A stretch of 64,000 nt of DNA from Octopus sinensis (taxonomy: Eukaryota): the NCBI RefSeq assembly GCF_006345805.1, contig NW_021825323.1, positions 434,001 to 498,000 of the forward strand. The letters are read 5' to 3'. Below, piece by piece: positions 22,530-33,295 of the stretch (position 1 is the stretch's first letter; every line of letters begins with the position of its first letter). The position numbers and the translations under genes were made by a program. The notes below the pieces were generated by a model. The model had not been told where the DNA came from, did not search any database, and saw nothing but the letters and a program-made list of their open reading frames with translations.

Positions 22530-24915
22530 AAAATTTTTATTTTAAAAAAGCTGTTAGTAGAGGATATATTAAGACCTTCGGCATTCCTGCCTTTTCAGTC
22601 CCGCACACACGCTCGCCTCTCAGCCGCAAACTAAGACTTACCGCCTTACCTGCCACCCAGACATTATTTTCTCTAGAACCTCAGGGAAACCTTTGAGGGA
22701 CAATTCCTAGGTTTCCGAGAGCTCCTCTTGCCATCCTAAGCCATGGGCTAGCCGGATGGCTCGTCTTCTGACTTTCTTGAGCGCGTCAACGTACTTATCC
22801 CGGTCCTCGCAAAAGTGCCAGGCATGAACGCCATAGGTCAACACGGGTAACACCATGGCATTAGACACGCGTAGCCAAGCATCTCTCCGCCTAATCGCTG
22901 CATTGCACGCATTTTCGTACGTGCAATGTGATCATCAAACTTACAGGACGGCTTAAAGAGCACGCCCAAATAAGTCATCCGATCAACTGCAGCAATTGCT
23001 GATCCGCTCAGCAATAACCTAGGGACGTAATTAGTGTAACCCCTCGTCCTTTTACAGACTTTGAGAACACTGCACTTGTCCGCACGCATCTTTAGACCCC
23101 TACTCCCACACCAGTTTACAAGTCCATCCACAGCAACCTGTAGCCTACGACACGCACACTCAGGTTTCATCGAGTGATCCCAGAGGATGATGTCGTCTGC
23201 ATAAATTACCATTTCAGTACGAGCATTGACTGGCATGGGCGCAGATACCATAAAGACATTAAAAAGCGTCGGACTCAGCACAGAGCCCTGAGGGACTCCG
23301 CGAAAGACTGTTCTGACTTTAGAAAAGACCCCCTGATGCCGCACGACCTGTCCGCGAGATTCAAGGAACCCCGACAGCCAGCGCCTTAGACACGGAGAAA
23401 CACCACACGTGGCGAGCTCCGGAGGCCGTCGTGCCACACCGAGTCGAAGGCCTTTTCAATGTCAAGACATTCTTTACCACATTCTTTCTTCTGGAGGGCG
23501 CACTTCATCTCCGAGGACACCTTCCATAAGCAGTCTCCACACGAACGACCCTCCCTGAAGCCCCATTGGAACTCGGGGAGAGCATCAGCCATTGTCAGCT
23601 CCTCCAGGAGCCTTGGTGCATAATCCTTTCTAAAATTTTAGATACAGCGGGAAGCAAGGAAATGGGCCTGTATCCCCCGGGGACATCATGAGGCATCCTG
23701 GGTTTCCAGATAAGGATTACCTTAGCCACTTTCCATCTAGAGGGAATCATCCCAAGTCGCAAGCTCCCGTTAAACAAGACCTGTAAGGCGGTGATCAACA
23801 ACGGCGGGGCCTTCTTAAAGATGGCCATAGGGATCCGATCCAGACCCGCCGCAGTGTTCATACTTTGGGAGATCGCTGCCAGAATCTCCGCTTCGGAAAT
23901 ATCGCCTGCATCGTTCTTTGATATGCCCAGCTGGCAGCGCTTGTCCCACGACAATATCTGCTGGACAGTATCAAAGGACGATATCTCCACGAACTGGCTT
24001 CCGTCAGTTCCAGAGATGTCATTGAGGTGGGTCGAAAATATTTCAGCCACCTCAACCAGGTCCGAAACGAGGGTTCCATCAGAGCGTTTAAGGCGAACTG
24101 AATTTGCTTCCGGGAAGCGGGAGTCTATGGGTCTGAAGGCTCGCTCCCACCGTGGACTTTTGAGTTCGCGGATTTCTCTTCGGATCTCCCTCTGAAGCCG
24201 ACTAATCCAGCCACGAAACCAAACACGGTTTTTCTCGTAAACGCATTTGTCCCGTAGTCTGGATAGCCGGCGCTTGAACCTAATTTTATTTAAAACCCGG
24301 TACGAGAGCGTGGAATGTGACTTACCCTGCACTGAGTTCTGATTGAAATTATCTCGCATATAATCAGTCACGGCAGCATTGATTCCATTATCTAACGCCT
24401 CCAACTCACGTATATTGGCACAGGTGTTTTCCAACAGAAGTGAGGGCAACCTGCTGGCCATGGACCTCTCCAGGTTGGCCCAAGAACTCGACCGGAGATC
24501 AAAGTATCCCGGAACCCTTTGAGGGTTAGTCGTCCGCCTCGCGAATCGACGTGGTTTCCGGAGCCCTAGCCAGTCTCGTCCTCCCCGCGAGTCGACGTGG
24601 TTTGACTCACTTGAAGATCTGACTTCCAGCCCAAAGGTTTTCAACCAGAGTCTTCAGAGCCAAACCATTCGCGTTGGCTACCCTGAAACCAAGCTCTATG
24701 TGCTTGGCATTCAGGTCCCCAACAACCATCGCCTTCGGATGATTCCAAAGAACTCCCGTACGTGCCAGGAACACGCCGTAAAGTTCTTCGAATACATCGC
24801 CCCTAGGCAAAATGTAAAGTTACCTATATGAATCCTCACTTGAAGGAATTCGCATAGGCTACAAGAACATAAACCTGAACTTTGCAAGGCGAGTTGTAAA
24901 GGAAGACAGTACAAT
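22530..24915 (-). mobile_element. Jockey/I-like LINE (family B): APE-RT and 3' UTR
   Basis: VVGDLNAKH, YRPISLLPAVSKILERI, QWGFREGRS, LDIEKAFDSVWH, GVPQGSVLSPTLFN, YADD. Confidence 0.9.
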
Positions 24916-24919
24916 GCTT

Positions 24920-25404
24920 CGTTCCATGGAACATTTTCCCCTCACTATTATACATGTTAAATTTACCTTCATCACTAAAAATAACTCGCTCATGAAAATA
25001 TTTTGGGAACATATTCCATGTTCGGTATAGCGTCAATCGTCGAAGATTATGTTTTTGATAAGAAGTGGCTTTTTCGTGGGCGGATAAGACTTCAGGCCAA
25101 TTTTTTCATTGTATTTCTTACTGTTTGGGTCATTAATAATTTTCCTGTTTTGTCGACCAGACCCGGTTTTTCTGTATGTCTAGCAGTTTTTTAAGTAGAT
25201 TCTGATAATTTTTGATATCGTGTCAAGTGATCTTTAGGTGATATCTTGTATTTCTCTGTATGTTTTTCTAGATTTATACATGGCAATTATTATACCTTTT
25301 TCTTCAGATGTTGTATATGTTAAGAACAAATTTGAGACATATTTGTAATATTGTCCCATTGTAAATTTATAAAAAAGCATGTACAGTTTTATTTTGGTTC
25401 ACTG
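24920..25404 (-). mobile_element. Tc1 5' remnant
   Basis: TA-CAGTGAACCAAAATAAAACTGTACA terminus; RKTGSGR, KKPLL and RVIFSDEGKFNM motifs. Confidence 0.75.
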
Positions 25405-25519
25405 TATATGGAAATCGTTTTTAAAATATTTTTATACTATCTTAAATAGTATGTTTAAAATCAAATATAAATAAATACATTATTACGTTGATTTCTTTTA
25501 AGTTAGGCAACAAATCGAG

Positions 25520-27169
25520 ATGGATAAGTCTGCTAGCCTTAGATTAAATTGTCTAATGTCGCCGTATCATATTGTCCAATTGGTCTCTTCAAAAAAGCTT
25601 TGTTTTTCCAAAGAATCAATTGTTTTTTCCATCAAACAGATATACGAAATAATTGGTGCAAAAAAATTACAAAAATTAGTATCTGAAAGTATTATCTGCT
25701 CTAACACACTAGTGACTACGACTGGAACTCTTGTATGGAAGGATGATTTTGATGTGGAAAGAATAGTTGCACAAAAAACTTTACAAGTTGAGTTGTCCGT
25801 AAAATTGACAGAATGTGAATTATTTTCTGGTCAAATGGCTTGGCTGGGATGCTGCCTGCAATTCATGGGAGCCAGAAGAAAATTTGAACTGTCCTGAGAA
25901 AGTTAATGAGTTTTTTGGTGGTGAAACTGTGCCAGTTGTAGAATGTGATTACACAGATTGGCTAGAAAGTCTGTCTAATCATGTTTGATTTCAATTGTAT
26001 ATTTAGGTCATAGCTAAACCCTCACTACTGGAAGAAATTGCAACCGCTGCAAACAACTTGGAAAATATAAATCCCTCTTTTACTCAAAAAAAAATTGTAC
26101 TTATTAAAATTTTATTTATAAAATGATTATCAGTTCTATTTAAATTAGAATTATGGAGAATACTTCAATCGTAAAGTCGAGTACCAAAAGAAATGTCTCA
26201 GAATGACCGAACGGTATTTTAGAAAGTCCTCAAATGCGGAGGGAACGATTTTTATTGAGAACAACTGCGACTTTGAAACAATATCCAGTGTTTATTCGTT
26301 TAACATCCCGCCAGGACAATTCTGTTATATAAACGAGTCATTTATGTCTAATGAGATTCCCCAATTCGAATTGAAGGAAAAATATTGTTGCGAATGCGTG
26401 GATTGCTCACAATCTGTTCTAAATTGTCCGTGCGCAAACTTTCGCAACAGTCGCTACGCGTACACAATAGATAATCGATGTTTCTTGTCCAGGAGTTTTT
26501 TGATATATGAGTGTGGTCCCAAGTATACTTTTATTTCCATGTTTGATTAGTTGTAAATGTTACAAAAACTGTCCGAATACGGTTGTGCAAAAAGGACGCA
26601 AGATTGACCTTTGTTTATTTAAAACCTCGAACGGAAGAGGGTGGGGAGTAAAGTCTTTGGGAGAAATTAAAAAAGGGACTTTTGTGACGGAATACGTTGG
26701 GGAGGTACTCATTGTTATACGAGAGGCAGATCGTGACAGACCAGATTGCGGAGGATCGTGGTCAACTTTATGATAGTGAGAGAATGAGTTATTTATTCAA
26801 CATGGACTTTGAGGATAATGGGAAACCTCTTGTGGTTGACGCAAAGAATTATGGAAATATCTCTCGTTTTATTAACCACAGTGTATTTCACGTGCTCTAT
26901 TGACAGTGTGATCCTAATTTGCATGTTCTATCCACTTGGTCTGGGAATCGAGATTTAAGAGTATATCGACTTTCCTTGTTCGCTCGGCGGAAGATTCGCA
27001 TGGGAGAGGAACTTACATTTGATTACTTAATGAAATGTATATTTGTTTGTTATATTATTCCAGCAAACGACGACTGCTCATACAATGAAGAGAATGGTCG
27101 TTAATTTTATCATTTGTAGATATCAGGTGTCTTTGTTTTTCGAAAAAGTGCAAAAGTCGGTTATTTTGA
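25520..27169 (+). CDS. SUV39H: SUV39H/Su(var)3-9 H3K9 methyltransferase (chromo, pre-SET, SET, post-SET), multi-exon
   Basis: Chromo FDVERIV..YFLVKWLGW..NSWEPEENL; pre-SET Cys cluster; GRGWGV, EYVGE, GNISRFINHS|CDPNL, GEELTFDY, CLCFSKKCKSRLF-stop; GT-AG introns mostly 23-28 nt. Confidence 0.93.
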
Positions 27170-27483
27170 AACGATTTCATTTTTTCTTTCTGTAATTATT
27201 TTTTCTGATTTTTTAATTTTTTATCTGTTATTTTGTACCTGCACTTGGTTTCAAAGTATGAGATGAGGATAATTTCCGTTGGTCGAATCGAGGAAGATTG
27301 TTTTATTGTAGATATGTGTAATACAGTGAATTAAGAACTAGGATTATCTCCAAATATTGTAAACCTCAGTGAATTCTCGTAAAGTTCTTCTGTTTTTTTA
27401 AAAAAATAAAGTAATAAATAAGTTAAGCCAAATCTAACATCAGAACAACGTGGTGACATATATAACCCTAACCCTGGTAGTAG

Positions 27484-27897
27484 TTGTCAGGAGTTTTTTG
27501 ATATATAAGTGTGGTCCCAAGTATAATTTTATTCCCATGTTTGACTAGTTGTAAATGTTACAAAAACTTTCCAAACACGGTTGTGCAAAAAGGACACAAG
27601 ATTGACCTTTGTTTGTTTAAAACCGCGAACGGAAGAGGGTGAGATGTAAAGTCTTTGGGAGAAATTAAAAAAGGGAATTTTGTGACGGAATACGTTGGGG
27701 AGGTACTCATTGTTATACGAGAGGCAGATCGTGACAGACCTTATTGCGGAGGATCGTGGTCAACTTTATGATAGTGAGAGAATGAGTTATTTGTTCAACA
27801 TGGACTTTGAGGATAATGGGAAACTTCTTGTGGTTGACGCAAAGAATTATGGAAATATATCTCGTTTTATTAACCACAGTGTATTTCACGTGCTCTA
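27484..27897 (+). pseudogene. Partial intron-retaining duplicate of the SUV39H SET region
   Basis: Close copy of 26485-26899; GRGW changed to GRG-stop; cut off by a LINE. Confidence 0.9.
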
Positions 27898-29107
27898 AAC
27901 CTCCTAATTCCGGTTGAGTAACGAAACCTGTGAGGTCTGCAACTTTCGCCGACAAAGTCCGCTAAACTGCTGATAGCATCCGAGTCAGCTCTGATGCCGA
28001 AGCGTGCAATGCCTTCCGAGTCGGCTACAGGTGGTACCGTCCGGCAGAACCTGTGGGCGAAAAGGCGTCTTCCATACGTGGAAATGCCATTGCATTCCAT
28101 GTTTGGCGAGCGTGTGCCCCAGGACAGCGTTAGTCCTGCGATGCAGTTATGTGTGCGCCTAGTAAAACTCTGTAGGGAGACGAAGTGCAGTGTAAAGGAC
28201 ATGCTACTTTGCAACATGGCTGAGGCCAAGAGATCCAGGGGGATGCTCAACATCATATCGGTGAACGCGCGCTCCTTGTACGGTAAAGGAGACACCGTTC
28301 GGAGGATGCTGGCCACCACGAGAGCAGACATTCTGGTGGTCAGCGAAACGAAGGTAAAGACGGGTCCGTACGTAGTTGACGGTTACAACTTTTGTCATAT
28401 ACCCTGGAAACCGGGGTCAATATGTTACACGGGAACTAGCCTTTTCTACAAGCCGTACCTCTCTCTGCAAAGTTAAGGTTTGTGTTCTTGTAGCCTATGT
28501 GATTTCCTCTAAGCACCTAGAGCTTGGTTTCAGGATAACCAACGCACATGGTTTAAAGACCTCAGCTGGAAGTCAGATTTTCAAGTGAGCTAAACCAATC
28601 GAATCGCGAGAAGGACGAAACTGTCTAGGGCTTGCTCTGGTCAGCCCTGGAATGCTAAATTGTGTTAGTAAAACAATTTTATTGCCCGATATTGGGAGCG
28701 ACCATCTGCCTTTATTGCACGAACTCAGGGAGGCAGTTCCTCAAAGGGTTTCGGGATACTATGACCTCCTGTCGGGTTCGTGGGCCAACCTGGAGAGGTT
28801 CATGGGCTGAAGGTTGCCCTCACTTCTGGTGGGGAATACCTGCGCTAACATTCGTAATTTAGAGGCGCTAGATACCGAGATCAATGCTGCCCTGACTGAT
28901 TATATGCGAGATAATTTCAAGGAGAACTCAGTGCAGGGACAGTGACATCCCACGCTTCCGTACCGGGTATTAAATAAAATTAGTTTCAAGTGCCGGCTGT
29001 CCAGACTACGGGAAAAATGCGTTTATGAGGTAAACCGTGTCTGGTTTCGTGACTGGATTAGCCGGCTTCAGAGGGGAATCAGGAGAGAAATCCGTGAATT
29101 TGAAAGT
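27898..29107 (+). mobile_element. Family B LINE fragment (ORF1 end and APE start)
   Basis: MLNIISVNARSL..ADILVVSETK; 28430-29107 matches the reverse of about 24160-24910 and 20935-21385. Confidence 0.85.
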
Positions 29108-29350
29108 TCAATTAGATTTACAGTTGAAAATAAAAGTTGATTTTTGATAAAACCGAATAATAGTTGAATCTTGTTCACTCTGGAAATCTTTTGGTTGATC
29201 ATGCAATAAATATTTTCGATTATCAAAATTCTGTCAATCATTTGACCCTGAATCCATGGTTCTTTGGGGAATCTATTTATGTGTAAATCATTGCACACTA
29301 TTTCCATAAATTTATTCTTAAATTCTTCTCCGTTATCCGTCTGTAGAATA
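29108..29350 (-). mobile_element. Integrase (rve) fragment, same piece as in the mosaic cassette
   Basis: ILQTDNGEEFKN..EPWIQGQ; reverse complement matches 49695-49942 and 19765-19926. Confidence 0.8.
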
Positions 29351-29354
29351 AATG

Positions 29355-30520
29355 AGAGACCAATCATCAAAAAAATGTTCTCGATTTGATCACTCCTATT
29401 CTCCCCCCTACACACATCCAACATGGCTTCAGGAGTAATTTTTCTACCTCGACACATCTTACCACATTAACCCAGTTTATAATGGAAGGTTTTGCAACTA
29501 GACCTCATTTCAAATCAATTGTATGCTCACTCGATCTTCAGAAGGCCTTTGATTCAGTCTCTAGAAAGATACTGACTCAAAAAATATTTGGCCTATCCAT
29601 CGACTTAAACATAAAACTTTGGCTTTCGAACTTCCTCGGCGGAAGAAGAGGACGTGTATGCCTGAATGGAATCAAATCAATTTCAAGATTACTTCCAAAT
29701 GGAGTTCCCCAAGGTTCCCCCCTCTCTCCTGTTCTATTCAATTTATACCTATCCGACATTTCTAACCCTGAAATGGAATACTCAATCATTCTCGCCTACG
29801 CCGACCACCTACTCATTGGATCATATGATCAAGACCTCTCAAAAGCTTCCAAAAGAGAACATGATCTCTTATTACAAATTCGAACTTGGCTATATCAAAA
29901 CAGGATGAACATCTCCCCCGAAAAATCTTCCACTACCTTATTTACGTGGACAAGAGACTTTGAAGCCGTACTGTTGATCTTTTTTTAGACAACGAAAAGA
30001 TTCCATTCATGAAGAACCCTAAAATTCTCGGGGTTACTTTTGACACCCACATGTGTTTTACTGCCCATTTAGAGAAGGCCAAATCGATTTTTGACGGACT
30101 AAAAACGATTCATAGAACCAACAATTGGCTATGCCTGCGCCGCATAGGGTACTAATCTCACATGGTCTAACCGCCTTAAAATTGAGACTACACTATGCCG
30201 AGCCGCGGCTAGCATAACGAAAATTTCCAACTTGAACAACATTATCCCAAGTCCGCTTGACCACCTTATTAAGAAAGATGGAAAGGGTTTCTTAGCCATC
30301 CAACAGGACCACCTGCCAAAAGATCAAGACCTTAACAACCAGAAGCACATCACCTTAATTCAATTCCTCACAAAAACTGCTCCCCGCCCGTCCCGCACTT
30401 GCGTTGGGTCCAGAGTCCAACGTCTGGAAAAGCTGAGAAAGATTTTGAGGATTTTTGGAATCACCTAATTAATTACCCTAATTAACTGTTGGTGATTCTT
30501 GGTTTAAATAAAAAAATAGT
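29355..30520 (+). mobile_element. 5'-truncated Ingi/Vingi-like element (diverged family A relative)
   Basis: QHGFR, LPNGVPQGSPLSP; C-terminus CVGSRVQRLEKLRKILRIFGIT versus CVGSRSEHREKMARLLRSVGIT at 10719. Confidence 0.85.
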
Positions 30521-30872
30521 GATACATTGAATGAATCCTTTCACAATGCAGTTTCATGGATTCAAAATCATTTGAGGCAATTACCAATACTTTGTTTCCG
30601 TCAGATTGTTTATAATATAGCACACCTATCATGAGATTTAATATTACCTCCAGAATTTACGAAATTTCTACATTTTTGCGAAAACGAAATCTTTTTAGTC
30701 TTTAAAAATCTTCTGGTATCGAATTATTTATTAAAAAATCAAGAATATTCTTATACACCTGATAATCCCTTACAATGTTGGAAAATCTTATTCCAATAAT
30801 ATTATCTCAACGTGCGAAATCATCTTTAATATTGAGTTGATAATTATCAAGAGCTTAATTGAAGGTTAAAAT

Positions 30873-30971
30873 CAAGGTCACAGCGTTTCACTTTAGGCAC
30901 GGGTTTCATTTATGGCGCGTGACAACAAAATGTTACACGTCTGGCGCCCGTTTCAGTTATGGCGCGCCACA
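30873..30971. repeat. Isolated Ginger-like terminal repeat
   Basis: CAAAATGTTACACGTCTGGCGCCCGTTTCAGTTATGGCGCGCCACA, also at 47510-47554; ends in ACA. Confidence 0.55.
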
Positions 30972-31029
30972 AAAATTAACACATTTTAAACTTTTATAAA
31001 TTGACCTAAGTCAATTTTGTTGAATAGGA

Positions 31030-33295
31030 CAGGGGTCGGCAAAACCAGGCTCGCGAGCCTTTGAAGGCTCTTTAACTCTTACGGTAGGCTCTTTCAATTT
31101 TTAACTATTTTTTTATAAATGATTTCAATTTTTAACTATTTTTTTTGTTTTGTAATAACAAAAAATCTTTGCACGTTTACATTAATTTTTTGTGGTACAT
31201 CGATATATGCCTAGCAAGAAAAAAATTAATAAAAAAATCGATAATGCGCGACATTTTCAATCAAAATGGACTGAAACTTTTGCATTCACGTCTAATTCAG
31301 AACAACTACCGAAATGTCTCATCTGCCAGGAAACATTGAATCAAAATAAAAAGTCAAATTTAGAGAGACACTTTAACACAAAACACTCAAATTTCGCCCA
31401 AAAATATCCAATTGGTGATTCCCGAAAGAAGGCTGTAGAAGAACTTACAAAAAATATTCAATTCGAGAATTCTGCTTTTAAATGTTGGTTCGACAATGCC
31501 AGGACTGCAAATATTGCAAGTTTTGTAATAAGCCACGAGATCGCAAAAAGGGGAAAACCATTTACCGATGGGGAATTTATAAAGGCATGTTTTATCAAAA
31601 CCTCTGAAGAACTTTTTCACGATTTTTCAAATAAGGCAGAAATCGTGAATAAAATAATGAATATACCTTTATCTGCGAAAATAGTAGCCGACAGGACTTT
31701 TAAGATGTCTTCGAATGTATCTGTTCAACAAGTTTCTGACATGAAATTGTTTAATTCAATTTCAATAGCAATAGATGAATCATGTGATATAAATGACATT
31801 GCACAAGTATCATTGTTCATGTCATTTTAGGTGTCTCTGTTTGTTCATTGTTCATGTCATTTTGAAACGCATTATATTCCTCTTAATAAAATCGTTTCAA
31901 TTTCAACTGACGGTGCTGCAAGCATGCTGGGATCGAGAAAGGGATTTACAACTTTAATTAAAAGGAGATTGATCATGAAGTGATTACTCTACATTGTATT
32001 ATCCACCAAGAAGCACTATCTGCGCAAACGTTTCCGAAAGAAATTTTAGAAGTGATGGAATTGGTTATAAAGATTACTAACTTCATTATATCAAGTAATA
32101 TATTATTTATTATATATTCAAGGGACTTAATCATCGGCTATTTAAAGAGTTGTTAAAGAAACCAACAACGAGTATATTGATCTACTTCAATACAACAAAG
32201 TTCGTTGGCTTTCGAGAGGGAACGTTCTCAATCGTTTGCTTCTTGTATGCAAGAAGTCAAACTTTTTTTAAATGAGAAAAAATTCATTATGACGAATTAA
32301 GTGATGACCAATGGCTGCAGAAATTTTATTTCATGGTTGACATTTCATCAGAATTGAACAAACTTAATTCAAAATTGCAACGGAGTGGAAATATATGCTT
32401 TTTTCATGTATGAGGAAGTGATATTGTTTGAAAAAAAATTAATTCTGTTTGAAGAGGATATAGAACAAAATATTTTACATTTTCCTAAATTACGTCAATA
32501 TTTAAAAGAAAATGATCGAACTATAAATAAAACTTATTTTAAAAATGCTCTTTATATATGAAGGAATCTTTCAATGACAGGTTAAAAATGAATGTTTAAA
32601 TATAAAGGTTTGAGGATTTTAGAAAAGAAAAAGCAACACTATCGTTCGTTATAAACCCTCTACGTGCTAAAGTCAGCAATTTAAATTTATTGCCATTTGA
32701 AATCAACGCAGCTGAGTTCGAAATGCAGCTATTGGACTTGACATGTAAGGAATTATGGGCATCAAAGTTTATTCGCCTTTCAGAATTTCTTGAAACCTTG
32801 GAACAGAAACATTGTCTGGTAAAATTAAGAATGATATTAATTTTATACAAAAGAAACTGGAAGATGTGATTCTCGAAACTTGGAATTCTCTTCCAGATTC
32901 TTATTATGAATTAAAAAAAGTTGCATACGGAATTTTGACAATATTCGGGTCCACTTATATGTGTGAACAAAGTTTTTCTCATATGAATTATATAAAATCG
33001 AAATTAAGGAACAAAATTACAGATTCGAATTTGGAATCTAACCTCAGATTAAAATTAACGACTTACGACCCAGACATTAACCAACTCTCCAAAGAAATGA
33101 GGAATCACATTTCTCATTAATGCGTCTAATTAATTTAATTTTTTAAAATGAATTTTTAATTATTTTTTAAATTAATGTCTATTTAATTTTATGATTTAAA
33201 TTTTTGACAAGTGGTAAAAGGTGGCTCTTCAATTTTTCGAAATTTCCAAAAATGTTCAAAATTGGCTCTTCTCCAAAAGTATTTGCCGACCCCTG
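31030..33295 (+). mobile_element. Buster/SPIN-type hAT transposon with micro-introns, defective
   Basis: TIRs CAGGGGTCGGCAAA and TTTGCCGACCCCTG; perfect TSD GAATAGGA; CLICQ..H..KH, IDESCD, TDGAASM, LHCIIHQEAL, VRWLSRG, FGSTYMCEQSFS; introns 31807-31830, 32095-32122, 32581-32607. Confidence 0.95.

Noticed and set aside
32819-32853. Fourth intron in the hAT transposase
   Set aside because: The segment is plausibly coding with a frameshift, and removing it is not needed to restore a motif.
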